The position numbers were made by a program, and so were the translations under genes. Under the pieces are notes generated by a model. The model was not told the origin of the DNA, ran no database searches, and saw only the letters and a list, made by a program, of their open reading frames with translations. Of a stretch of 64,000 nt of DNA, positions 40,067 through 52,520 are shown in pieces; position 1 is the stretch's first letter; the number at the start of each line of letters is the position of its first letter. The stretch lies in NCBI GenBank assembly GCA_951406725.2, contig OX597823.1, positions 101,680,001-101,744,000 of the forward strand. Direction: 5' to 3'. The stretch is from Octopus vulgaris (Eukaryota).

Positions 40067-40122
40067 GTCTTTGATGTCGGAATATCCCATACTCGGGGAA
40101 ATCCCAGAAACAGCTGTAAGGA
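40067..40122 (+). ncRNA. Degenerate type-I hammerhead within element 40010-40348
   Basis: GTCT-TTGATGT-CGG...CCA-GAAA-CAGCTG-TA-AGGA; homologous to the intact copy at 40594-40649. Confidence 0.6.
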
Positions 40123-40359
40123 TTTGAATTTTTTTTTCTAATAATAATATTGTATACAACTTGAGATGTTTGCCTTGCCTTAATGTTTGTTGTCCTCTTT
40201 AACGATTATATATCCGGTGCGTCGGAAATCTGCAATGGCTCCATAACTACCATCTCGGCTATAACCTTGGAGCCCTAGTAATCCATTACAGCACTTACCT
40301 AACATACTTAATTGTTTAGATCATCTGTGAACTAAATCCCCATACTTTGTGTGTGTGTG

Positions 40360-40428
<69 letters not shown>

Positions 40429-40593
40429 ATGAAATGGATAAATGAATTATCTTGTTACGGATTATTCAAAATTTAACCGATACCTGTGTAGCAAAAATCA
40501 CACCATATATATATAATAGTTATAGAGGACAACAAACATTAAGGCAAGGTAAACATATCAAGTCATATACCTTATTATTGGAAAAAATTCAAA

Positions 40594-40649
40594 GTCTTAC
40601 AGTTGTTTCTGGGATATCCCAGAGTATGGGAAATTCCATCATCAGAGAC
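40594..40649 (-). ncRNA. Type-I hammerhead ribozyme, canonical core, within element 40430-40856
   Basis: Minus strand GTCT-CTGATGA-TGG(AATTTCCCATACTCTGGGATATC)CCA-GAAA-CAACTG-TA^AGAC. Confidence 0.82.
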
Positions 40650-40853
40650 AAATAGGGAAAATGAGAAAGGAATAGATTACTGAAATGATGACATAGCGGA
40701 CAGAAGTAAGGGAATATGATGAAGAGAGAGAAGGAAAAGAAGCGTAAAATTTCATTGTTCAACTTTCTGATGTTGTATAAATAAGTGCATAAGTCCTTAT
40801 GTGCAATCCTGCGTAGATCCATGTGAGTAAAAGTCCTGTAAGTCCCCATACTT

Positions 40854-40915
<62 letters not shown>

Positions 40916-40944
40916 ATACATACACACACACACACACACACATG

Positions 40945-40998
<54 letters not shown>

Positions 40999-41498
40999 AT
41001 ATTGAGGAAGGAAACAGCATCCATGTTACGGGGCTTCCGAGTCAGCTGAGAGGAAGGGAGGTAGTGATACTCCAATTGGAAACTTATCCCGAATATTTGT
41101 AACAGAATGGACTATGCTAAAGGTGCTCAATGTGTCGGCGACAATTTAAGTCTACAACCCATTGCAGGATTTGAACTCAGAACTCAAACGAGCCGGAACA
41201 ATTACCACAAGGCGTTCTTACTGTTCCACAATTCCACCGCCTTGCATTGATACCTTTTTTTATCGGTCCCGCACGACAGAGTTGACCTCGACGAATGAGT
41301 TCAGAGTTTGGGGCCAAACACCGCGAAGCATTGTGTCTAACGTTGTAACGGCTGCCAATTATTCACCTAATTATATTACGCTATATTTAATTATTTAATT
41401 ACTGGTGTGTTTTAAAAGTGTTTCATTTCAATATTGTAATGCACTATATATAATATATCTATAAATTGTTAGCTAACACTCTGTTTCGACGAATGGAA

Positions 41499-41579
<81 letters not shown>

Positions 41580-41596
41580 CGCGCGTGCGCGTGTGT

Positions 41597-42120
41597 GAGT
41601 GTTAAAAATTATCTGCACTTTCACCATAACATATCTTTATTATTGTCACACTGCCTTCTGAGCATGCGTCCTTATAGTTGGTACTATTGTGGTCATGTGA
41701 TGGAAGTTTGAGCCTGTTCGCGTTATTTTCTTTCTCGCTTTACAATGTAAGCATGGCCGCTCCATTAGCAATGAGCACCAAAGAAGAACAAAGAGCAGTG
41801 AACCGATTTCTAACATCGGAAGGAGTGTCAGTTGCTGAAATTTCATCGGAAGCTTTTAGCACGATAAGGGGACAGTGTGTATGAGTGGATCGAGAAGTTT
41901 AAAAGTGGCCGGACAAGGGTGACGCACGAAGAGGGCGCAGGACGCCAGTCAACCTCCACCACTAACAAGAAGATTCAGTAAGCTGGAAAGATGGTCATGG
42001 TGAACGGGTTCACCATGACCATCTCTCGGACCACTACTCTTTGTTCTTCTTTGATACACATTGCTAGAGGAGCAGCCATGCCTACACTGTAATGCCAGAA
42101 AGTGCAGATCATTTTTGACT
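41597..42120 (+). mobile_element. Mariner-derived fold-back element (transposase N-terminal relic, two left ends)
   Basis: Broken frames give MAAPLAMSTKEEQRAVNRFLTSEGVSVAEI..VYEWIEKFKSGRTRVTHEEGAGRQSTST (mariner HTH). 42008-42120 is an inverted, deleted copy of the left end, with termini TTAAAAATTATCTGCACTTTC / GAAAGTGCAGATCATTTTTGA. Confidence 0.82.
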
Positions 42121-42360
42121 TATGTATGTATGCATGGGAATACACATATGCGCGATTGTGAATTTCTTATATTTTAGCCTCGTTATTCTGAGTTGTCCTT
42201 CATTCTTGTAGAGTTGAGAGCGCTTGTGGATTTATAATTTGTGGGAATCGCATTGGTATTATTTGGTTTTCTTCATTGGTAACCTAATTGGGTTTGGATA
42301 ATGCTTAGATATAGAGATATTGGTGCCTAGTTTTTGGAGGTTCTGTGGCATATATATATA

Positions 42361-42433
42361 TATATTTGTTGTGCAAGATTTTTTATGTGAAGTCGTGCTA
42401 AATTGGCAAAATGACCATTCCGAAATACAACAA
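42361..42433. repeat. Internally deleted relative of the 12535-12965 fold-back element in (TA)n
   Basis: TATTTGTTGTGCAAGATTTTTTATGTGAAGTCGTG is the reverse complement of 12925-12960 and is joined to TGGCAAAATGACCATTCCGAAATACAACAATAT (= 12880-12912). Confidence 0.8.
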
Positions 42434-42519
42434 TATATATATATATGTATATATATATATATGCATGTATACGATTTTTTCATTTCAAGTTTATTTCATT
42501 CATCGTTTGCAATGTTCCC

Positions 42520-42570
<51 letters not shown>

Positions 42571-42901
42571 ACACACAAACACACACTGTCTCTCTAATAT
42601 AAAGATACACACTCGCTCTATAATATAAACACATACCCTTCAGGTTTGATTTCATAAATATCACATTAAAATTTTGCAATTCAACATGTGGCGTCCCCCC
42701 CCCAAAAAAAATATATATATATATATATATATATAGGCATTCTTTCGCTTGAACCCGCACACTTCATTAATTTCTATAAAAATGTTTTATTTATTTACTT
42801 TTTGTGCGCCGTGTTCAGTTCTATGTATTTGTAGTCAGTCATTCACACACACGTGTGTTTTTGTATGTACGTCTGTATACATTTATGTATGTGTGTGTGT
42901 T

Positions 42902-42949
<48 letters not shown>

Positions 42950-43868
42950 TCAGTTAAGAGGTGTGTTGTCATGTATACGTACTTTATTTTATCGAATTTG
43001 CCATAAAAGCAGAACATAGCTTGCAGGCTGGACAAGGACATTAATGAAATGAATGATAATGATACAAGGATGATAAGGATGGGAGAAGACGAAAAGCGCC
43101 CGCCGACTTTTGCTTCTCTAAAACATTGTTCTTATAAACAATTTAATAGGCGATAAACCTATTGTACAAATGAGTCCTTAATAAACTTCCTTGCCTCCTG
43201 CAGGTATTCCAGCAGCCGCAAGTTAGGGCCCATAAACAAGATCTGTACTCTTCCATTAAGACGGAATCCATTATATGTTAGAGGTTTCTTTCTTCCAGTA
43301 CCCGAGCAGCCACCTGCGGAGACCACTCTGGAATACAAGTCGAGTCTATCAGGTCCCGACTATTAAAGGAACTTTCTATATAATTCTCTATAGCCCCTCC
43401 CCTGAGATAGAAGATCACATATTCTTCATCATTTCCACTTGGAGGGGCCTTCTTCTCCCCACCCATCCGGTGGAACACGTTCAACCGAAGGGGTTTCGGA
43501 ACATGCCGCCGGTGCACCAGCAACCGCCGTCGATGCCCCGCTTTCCTTCTTCCTTTTTTTCTTTTTGTTTACGACGGGAGGGTGGAGTTGTTCCATCATG
43601 TTCGAAAGTCCCTCTTTCCCTCCCGCCGCCTCAAGATCCATTGATTCATTACGTTCGTTTCGCTGAGGTTAACTTTGCATTTCATCTCTCAGGGGTCGAT
43701 AAAATAAAGTATCAGTCAAGTACTAGGATCAATGTAATCGACTAACTCCCTCCCCCAGATTTTAGGCCTTGTGCCTATATCAGAAAATGTGATAGTCAGA
43801 TACTGTCGCGGATTCAATCGATTATAACATTTCACACGCTTTCATTATTTGCTAGTGCTAACGAGGCA

Positions 43869-44240
43869 TCTCTGTAAATATAAACGGCAAAATGTCTGTC
43901 TGTGTGTGTGTGTGTGTATCCCTTATACAAATCCACAATTTTTCAGTTAGAGGGCTCGCACTTTCTATGGTCATTCAAAACCGTCCAAGGGTGGTCGTGC
44001 ATATCTTTACATTTCCTCAGTCACCCCGCAAAACCATTAAATAAAGAAGTGCCTTTTTTGCGAATCTTCTATCCAAAATCCAATCAAAATGCTCGAAATT
44101 TGATACGCCAATTGAATGTCAGTTAGCTGTATGTGATTGGTCGGAGATTTGGACAGTACTCGCGTGTATGTGCGCACGCACGCAGCTGTATAGCACTAAC
44201 ACTAGCACTATGACCCAGCGTTGCCGGGTCATAGTGCTAG
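43869..44240 (+). mobile_element. Non-autonomous Helitron
   Basis: Starts A|TC (TCTCTGTAAATATAAACGGC), ends with the GC-rich hairpin GACCCAGC..GCCGGGTC followed by CTAG|T; no TSD. Confidence 0.8.
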
Positions 44241-44619
44241 TAGTATCTAATTAAGATAAGCTAACGTATCTATTCTGAGAAGACACCTACAGGGTGCAGG
44301 CAAGTCTATGTGCTTTATACGTTAGCTTTGGATCCATATGTTTCTAGATTCGTTCATGCAACTCGGAATTTTGGACAGACATGAGGTAATTTAAATCTAT
44401 TGACTGAGAAACGTAGCAGACATCGTAAAGGCTATTTCGTTGGCACTAACTATAGCCCTTCCATATATGCATGTACGAGTGTATATGTGTGTGTGTGTAC
44501 ATACATACACACACATACATACATGCATACATGTATGTGTGCGTCCGTATGTGTATGTGTGTGTGTGTGTATGTGTGTATACGTTCATACGTGTATATAT
44601 ATATATATATATATATATA

Positions 44620-44850
44620 CCGGAGTAGGCACATAAATGTGAAACTAGATGGACAAAAGACTACTCAAATACCAGAGGTACAGTTATATGCTTTATTTAA
44701 AAGCAGCAGAAATATAACAAAAAGTTGTTACTCGAAGTTTCACGTTCCCGGTCGTTGGACAGTTTGGGTTAGGGTTAGGGTCCGACGAACGGGAACGTGA
44801 AACTCCGAGTAACAGCTTTTGTTATATTTCTGCTGATTTCAAATAAAGTA
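44620..44850. mobile_element. Fold-back hammerhead element with telomeric-repeat loop, in (TA)n
   Basis: Arms ~44688-44760 and 44780-44850; loop AGTTTGGGTTAGGGTTAGG; tail 44620-44687. Confidence 0.85.
44781..44815 (+). ncRNA. Minimal type-I hammerhead motif, CCGA core variant
   Basis: T-CCGACGA-ACG(GGAA)CGT-GAAA-CTCCGAG-TA^ACAG. The opposite arm supplies the stem-I strand CTGT (CTGT-CCAACGA-CCGGGAACGT-GAAA-CTTCGAG-TA-ACAA). Confidence 0.65.
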
Positions 44851-45086
44851 TATATATATATATAAACAATAAAAGCAATAATTCTTGGACGGAATTAATA
44901 AGCTTTTAATGCGTCACTACGCGCGTTTCCACATATCACATGACTCTTAAGATCATAATCCGTATTCCTGAGATGATTACAGTGTAGTCCACTGTAATCA
45001 TCCGTGGGTATTTGGTTGATCATAATCATTAATTCATTTCTCCAGGCGTCATAACATTAATGGATATACAACATATGTATGTGCGC

Positions 45087-45122
<36 letters not shown>

Positions 45123-45809
45123 CTTCCTCAATTCCCGTCAAACAAATTCACTCGTGGGGCATTGGCTGATCCGGGCTATAGTAGAAGACGCTTGCTCAAC
45201 GACCCGCACACTGAAACTGAACGGCGAAACACTGTGGTTACAAGGCGAGCTTTTTTACCACACGGTCCCGCCTCCACCCATATTTGATATTTCCTTTTAA
45301 TTATGCATCGTGTAATACAATATCAATATGTGATCTTTCTCAGCGAAATCCGGGTTTTCGATCTTTTAAATCATGTTATTTGCCTTCCCCCATCCTCTTT
45401 AACACAACCACTGAAAGCAGCTTGTTAGACACCATAAGGAGAAAGATTTCGCTCTCTTGTTTGAAGAATCATTAAAACCAATTTTTGGGGCAGATTCAAA
45501 TGACCCCTTTTCTGGTATGTTCTCATTAGATTAGATCGTATTACATGGGTTAAGTAGTGCTGTTTTCAGAGCTTCCGCTCGCAGATTTAACAAGCTCGCT
45601 GGGATTTCTTCTGTTCATACAGCTTTATTATTTTTAATGATTCCAAAGCTTTCTGAACTTTCCCTAATAAAATCTTATCGACATCGCTGTCAAAATCACT
45701 TAACTAACTAGTTTACTGAGATTCCTCTATTTCTGCTTCTGTTCACATTTAAAACTGAAAAATGCCTTTTATATGATAAATGTACACTAAAGTGTAGAAT
45801 ATCGCCAAT

Positions 45810-45945
45810 GTTGTTGTTTTGTTGTTGTTTGTTCCTTCTCGAGCCACGCCTGCCTCATTAGGGCCGGTTTCCCGGTTTCCTTGGCGTTTAGGTTCCCCGC
45901 CTGGACGGGACGCCGGTCCGTCGTAGGTGAGCTGCAAGATGCAGG
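45810..45945 (-). mobile_element. SINE fragment (family E) with (AAC)n tail
   Basis: Minus strand CTACGACGGACCGGCGTCCCGTCCAGGCGGGG...GAAACCGGGAAACCGGCCC...GGCTCGAGAAGGAACAAACAACAAC; GC-rich core reminiscent of conserved SINE central domains. Confidence 0.55.
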
Positions 45946-46854
45946 AGGGAAGTACGTAATTTTCTCCGCAATCTCATATACACTGTGTGTATGATGCTGT
46001 TTAACTCCAGGTCAATACAAAGCAAGTAACCAAAGCATCTTATCTCCCACCATCACTCATTTTTCTTTTCGAGACAATAGGCTGAGCTGCAGCAGCAGTG
46101 ACAACAACAACAAAGTTCTTTTAGTCAAATCCACTCCAATCTGTATTGTCTGATGTTGTTCTAAATTTCAATCCTTTGATTTTATTGGAGTTATTTCTCT
46201 TGATGTAGTCCATTTAATTTTTTTTTTATTTCATTTTAAACCCTTTTATCCAAGAAGGAGATTTTTGTTGTAAATTGCTTGGATATCCTCTTTTGATCAC
46301 AGAGATTACATGCATGAAACCCTATCGCAAACTTAGTCAAAGACCGCCATGTTTACTATTTATTTCTTATTATTTCATATTCATTTATTTATGTATATCA
46401 TAATTGTTTGAAATTTTGCCACCAGGCCAACAGCTTTAAGGGAGAAATTAAGTTAATGATGTTCAACTGGTACTTATTTTATCGACGAAAGGAAAAGTCG
46501 ACCACGACGGAATTTGAACCCAATTTATAAATATCATAATAACAGTAGAGTTGGTTTCTTCAATAAATCGATCTCAGTATATTACTGATACACAGGTTAG
46601 CAACCCTTATAGGGACAAAACCACCATGGAAGCCTCTCTGCCCAATCACTCAATTTGATTTGTAATAAATAGCAGTCGAATGTTTTTAAAATGACATGCC
46701 ATCCTCTTGATACATGGAATAATGTAGTCTTAGAGGCATTTCGTCTGGAAATAGATGGAATAGTCTTGGCGAGAACGCTTTTCATCCCTGATTGGGCTCT
46801 GATGGAACAATAACATCTCTTCCCCTATCTCACATTCACCTTATTTTTTATTTA

Positions 46855-46860
<6 letters not shown>

Positions 46861-46933
<73 letters not shown>

Positions 46934-46947
46934 TACTGCTGCTGCTG

Positions 46948-47029
<82 letters not shown>

Positions 47030-47038
47030 CAGTAGTAG
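46861..47038. repeat. Inverted microsatellite (CTA)n|(GTA)n
   Basis: Direct reading; strand switch at 46980/46981. Confidence 0.92.
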
Positions 47039-50000
47039 TGATATCTTTTCTTCGTTTCTTTCTTTCTTCTTCTAAACCCCCGTTCACTCTCCTCACTACA
47101 ATTCTCCTGCAATTCTGTGATTATCTCTTCAAACCATTACATTAATAATCTTACAATGTTTGTTTTATTATATACGTCAGCCACCTAAACGAGGCCGTGA
47201 AGAATATCATCTTTATTCGTTCTTCCTGTTAATCAGTGGAGGATATTGGCAACTTCCGGCTGCAATCAAGTTTAATACGTAAAACACTAATGATGTCCGC
47301 CATTAGAAATATATTTGTTTTGCGATTTTTTGTTGATCTGAAAACAATACGTATGTGTATAGGTTTGTGTGTACGTATGCACGTGCATTTATGTGATTGT
47401 GCCTGTGTGTAGGCAGACATTCAGTGCCATATTGTGGTTACCCTTGTCATGGTGTGAAATATGTTATCGCCGCGATATATAAGTACACTGGCATAAATAT
47501 TATTCAGAAATAAACATACATACGTTAGGTTATTTCTGAACATAAATCACTTCGACTTAATTTTTATTTCTGAATGTCCATTATCAGCTTTGAAAATAAA
47601 CAACGAATACATGGCGTTATGGATAGGCGGAATCGTTTAAGCGTCGGTTATAATGTCTTGTAATATTTGTCCTTACACGCAGCAGTCTGTGCTCAAAATC
47701 CTGCCAAGATCAGGTTTGCCTTTTATTCTTTCGGGATCGATAAAAAAAGAGTTAGCAACCCAGGAAGATGGGTTGGTGAAATAGTAAGAACGTCATGCAA
47801 TAACTCTTTCGGTTCTTTACATTCTGAGTTTAAATCACGCCGTGGCTTGCTTAAGAGCTAAACTTAATCCGTCGCCCGATTTAAGACAACTATCTAATAC
47901 CTTAAGCGTCGGTTGCATGCGTTAGATATCCTCCTCTCGCACTCCTATCAGTTTGACAGACCCTGTAAATGGATCATAGATACTACCTTTCCTCCTGACA
48001 AAAAAATAATAATCATGTAGAGCAGGGATATTATAAAGTCAGTGTAAGTTAATACAAATGGAAGCTTCAGAAGTTGTGATTCTGTCGTCGTCATAATGCC
48101 CAATTTGAATGAATATCTATATTATAATTTCAAAAGAGAAAACGCGGATATAGGAGGAATTGGGCAAATTGATCTGTCTGCAACCGAGTGGACTCACCAA
48201 AGGTTCTGGAATTAAACCGGGTGCTGTTTTAAGGAGAATCGAAATGTCGCAGCGATTTATTACTATGGTGTTGGTATTGAAGTCTGTTTTACGGAGCGGA
48301 CACATTGTGAAATTTATGAGAGTTTCGTTTAACACATTTGACATTACACTGTAATTCAGCTGAATTACTCGAGGTTAATGAGTTCTCAAAAATGTTTAAC
48401 TTTGTAGAAAAGTGGAGATCAATTTTATAAATTACTGATACACTTTGCTAGGAAATTTTTTTAAACCCACAGTTTTAGAATTTAAAATTTTAAAAGGCAT
48501 ATATAAAAAATATTGCTTAGCTTGTTTCATTCATCATATTTACGCATAATAAAAAAAATTATTGATACGATTTTTAAGATGCTTATAAATTAATATGGAT
48601 TTTCAAAAGCCTTAAACTTGATATTTTTTCTTTGTTTTAATCCCCAACGCACCTAGATACCCTTGTGGGGTGCTATCCTAGCTATAAATAGTAATATAAC
48701 ATAGTCTTCAGCACTTGAAGTAGTGTGTAGGCTTAAATATAATAATCGAGAAATCAGGATATATAAATCAGGTGTTTCCGTTACCATAACAACTGATGTC
48801 ATCGTTTACCTGAACATCAGGTATAGGATCATAGAGTATCATTTCTTCATTTACATTTCGTGCTGCTCTGCACATCCGCCATTCGTGCGTTGTTTGAACA
48901 TTCTGTGAGAAGTGATTACTGGTTCCTCGCTTAAGTCTTCACCAGTTATGGATCTTTGAATTACAAGTACAGTTAATCTACACCGTTTTGCCACGCAGTG
49001 AGATCGAACTCAGGATATCATGATTGTTGAGGGAAATGTTTAATCACTCGTCTACAGTTGCGTTTACGTATGTGCACACAAACGCACATATACACACACA
49101 TACACACGCACCCGCGCATATATACGCACGTACACACACTCGTGTACGTATACATCAAAATACACATTTAGAGTTTAAGTAATATCTGTACCTATTCATG
49201 TAAGTATATGTGTGTGTACGTATGCTTACATACATACACATATGTATGCATACACACACACACACACACTCACACACTCACACACACACTCACACTCACA
49301 CACACATACATATATATATATAGAGAGAGAGAGACAGACAGACAACATCTTGTGTACGCCTGGCATATGGTTGTATGGTGAGTACCTATATGGGGTGGGG
49401 GAATATCTTGTAGATAAAACATTAACCACATGTCAGAGATTCTGGTGATGATAGCGATGTTTCTGGTAATGCTGCTGTCGGTACTGATTCTAGTGATACG
49501 ATATTGATCCGAGATGTTGCTGTAATAATCTTGATTACTTATTATTCGAGAATGTATCAGACAGAGCTTGCTGTTTTTTGCCTTTGCAACTACATTTTTT
49601 TTCTGTAATTGCGTTAGAGATGTTGCTGTGATGAAGATAATTGCATAAAAGAATGCAGTTATGGTGAAAATGGGTGGGCGATGCTCGCCAAAATCACATT
49701 GAGATCTGGCGTTTAAATTCTGTGTAACTGAAGAAGTTTCAATTTGAGCTAACTCGAAAAAAGTAGTAGAACATCACGAATTTCCCTAAATATAAATTGA
49801 TGTTCCCTAATTATGTTTTAATATCGTTCTCGGTCCTTAGCTGTTCATGCAATTTTAAGATTATGTATACGCAATACTGTTTATTTTCCCACGATATAGT
49901 ATCCTGCTGGATCCACTGCTGACTGTAAAAGACTAAATGGCTTGATTTATAGTTTTTAGCGTTCGTTCGAAGCACCGCTTTTCTGGGGTTCTGGTCCTAC

Positions 50001-50449
50001 TAGTTTCGGTTTCGAAAAGCAGTTGAGATTGAACGGGTGTGGACATAAGGACGATTGAACACCATGAGATTAATTAAGTGAATACCAGTAATAAAATCAG
50101 GTTGATATAACCATATATTAAAGAAAATCAATATTTAATTTCTGAAATAATTTGCAGATATATTTTAACGACATATACATTTGTAAATTATGCACACAAC
50201 ATGAGGCTTGTAGCTCGATTGGTCAATGTCGAGCTGGTCAATGGTCAACTATTCGTACTCTGTCACTAAAGCAGGGCATAATTCTTTAAAAGCTAATCAT
50301 TTTGGAATCCGAAGGAATCATAGAACTGATGCTCAACCTCTGTTGATATGGTGTAAAGATGGTTAGAAATAAATCTTCCTTGGACAGAATGTTGATCTTT
50401 TGTATGTAGCTATTCTTGTAACAAGAATTTAATTCAGCATTGTGAGTCA

Positions 50450-51400
50450 ATGAATGACTCATTGACTTGACCATAAGTAGGTCTTATTGTATTGAAACAA
50501 AGACACTTCGCTCTCAGAAGCTTAAAATGGAGATTTTTGTTTACGAACTAAGGTCACTAATAAGTGCTGTGATTGACCAAGGTACATATCACTCAAGCTA
50601 CAGGAACTCCTCTCTCGACTTTGCACATAACTACCCATCTGGTGTTAGCTTTTTGAGGATCTGTCTTACACGTTAGACCTGAAGGTTGGGGTTAGTCCCT
50701 TTTAGGCTTCCAGATAGAATGTTATTCATAACAGAGCGAGCAAGAACAAACACCACAAGGCATCCGGTTCAACAATTTTACGCTCCACTTTGGATAGCTG
50801 CCTTTATAAGGGAAAAAAACTCTCCGATAAATTGATGTTTCTATCGCAGGAGGAAAATGTTTTTCAAACATGTTTTTGTACTCGGAGTAATTTCTAAAAA
50901 TCTTAATCCTTCTTGAATATGTAAGATGCTTGGTATTAGCTGATAGCTAATACGAAGCATTTTACATATTCGCAAACTATTTTTCAACAAAAAAGCAGAA
51001 GATGAAAATTTTGTTAAATGTAGTTTTTCCCGGTTTCCCAAACGCATACCTCTGAAATACTTAAAGCCAATACTTCAATACTTCAACACGCCTTCACTAA
51101 ATCTTAGGAAACAATTTGTGAACTGACTAAACTGTGATTCATGAGTGATCCTAATGACTATGATTCATAGAGATAAATGATGGTTATGTGAAAATTCATG
51201 TTTTCCTTTGGTTGAAATTAATAAACATTTTATGGACTGATTAAAAGATAAAACAGTTTTAAATGTTTTCAAAATCAATATTTGAAGTGTGATCCGTTCG
51301 CGGAGGTTGATCGTTAGAGACATACCTTATTAAGCAGCTCGATCAACATCCGTGATGAAGTAAAATTTATGGAATATGGCGGTCGATTTTGTTATTTCTT
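50450..51400 (-). mobile_element. Possible ancient L1/Tx1 RT relic
   Basis: Weak, correctly ordered remnants on the minus strand (QPPRTDH ~ KSPGPDG; HKLFPKI ~ YKILTKI; RISYQLIPSIL ~ DRVSHxFL; GCLVVFVLA ~ GCPLSPLLFVLA). Confidence 0.35.
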
Positions 51401-51950
51401 CCCGTTGGCAATCGATATAATCTTTTTGAAGATGCGGAATCATGATTATAGAGCTGTTAAAGAGTCGGCATCTCGGGTGTAGCTTTTGTGAATTATATAC
51501 TGTTATTGGCACTACATTCTAACCTAAAGGGTATTAAACGAGACTGAGAGAACATTATCATTGGTGTTCTGTTGCGCTCTGGTGTTTAATAAACAGAAGA
51601 TAATGGTGACTCTGTAAGGGAATAATTTAGTGACTTACAGTGCCTCTGGAACTAATTATTTTCAGAAGGTGAATTAATATTTGCTTTTAGTTCAAAGTGG
51701 TCAATATCTTAAACTGTAATTAAATATTGGATGAAAGTGCCTAATGTACATTTAACAGGATTAAATAAAACATGTCCACAGTTATCACAGTACTACCGAA
51801 CTGAGCAGATTAAATTCAGGAGTTGTCTTCCTTACTCTTTTTAACTAGAATTAGTAATTTAGAAGTGATTTCTTTCTCTTCATTAAGCATATAATTCTAA
51901 TATAGATACTACATTCAACATCACTAGGTTTAATATGTTATCATTGGGAA

Positions 51951-52520
51951 AGGCGACGAGCTGGCAGAAGCGTAAGTACGCCGGGCGAAATGCTTAGCGG
52001 TATTTTGTCTGCCGTTACGTTCTGAGTTCAAATTCCGCCGAGGTCGACTTTGCCTTTCATCCTTTCGAGGTCGATAAATTAAGTTCCAGTTAGGCACTGG
52101 GGTCGATATAATCGACTTAATCCGCGTGTCTGTCCTTGTTTGTCCCCTTTGTGTTTAGCCCCTTGTGGGTAGTAAAGAAATAGGTATTTTGTCTGCCTTT
52201 ACGTTCTGAGTTCAAACTCCGCCGAGGTCGACTTTGCCTTTCAACCTTTCAGGGTCGATAAATTAAGTACCAGTTGCATACTGGGGTCGATCTAATCGAC
52301 TGCCCCCTTCCCTTAAAATTTCAGGCCTTGTGCCAAATGTATAAAAAAATCGTTAGCACGCCAGGCAAAATGCATACCAGCATTTCGTCTGTCTTTTCGT
52401 TCTGGGTTCAAATTCCTCCAGGTTCGAATTCACTATTAATCGTTTCGGGGTGTTAAAATAAGTACCAGTTGAGCACTGAGGTCGATTTAATTGACTTTGT
52501 GCCCAAATTTGAAACTAATA
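51951..52520 (+). mobile_element. SINE family B dimer plus a third copy
   Basis: AGGCGACGAGCTGGCAGAAGCG...CCCCTTGTGGGTAGTAAAGAAATAGGTATTTTGTC...; same dimer junction as at 14990, 21225 and 36310. Confidence 0.88.
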
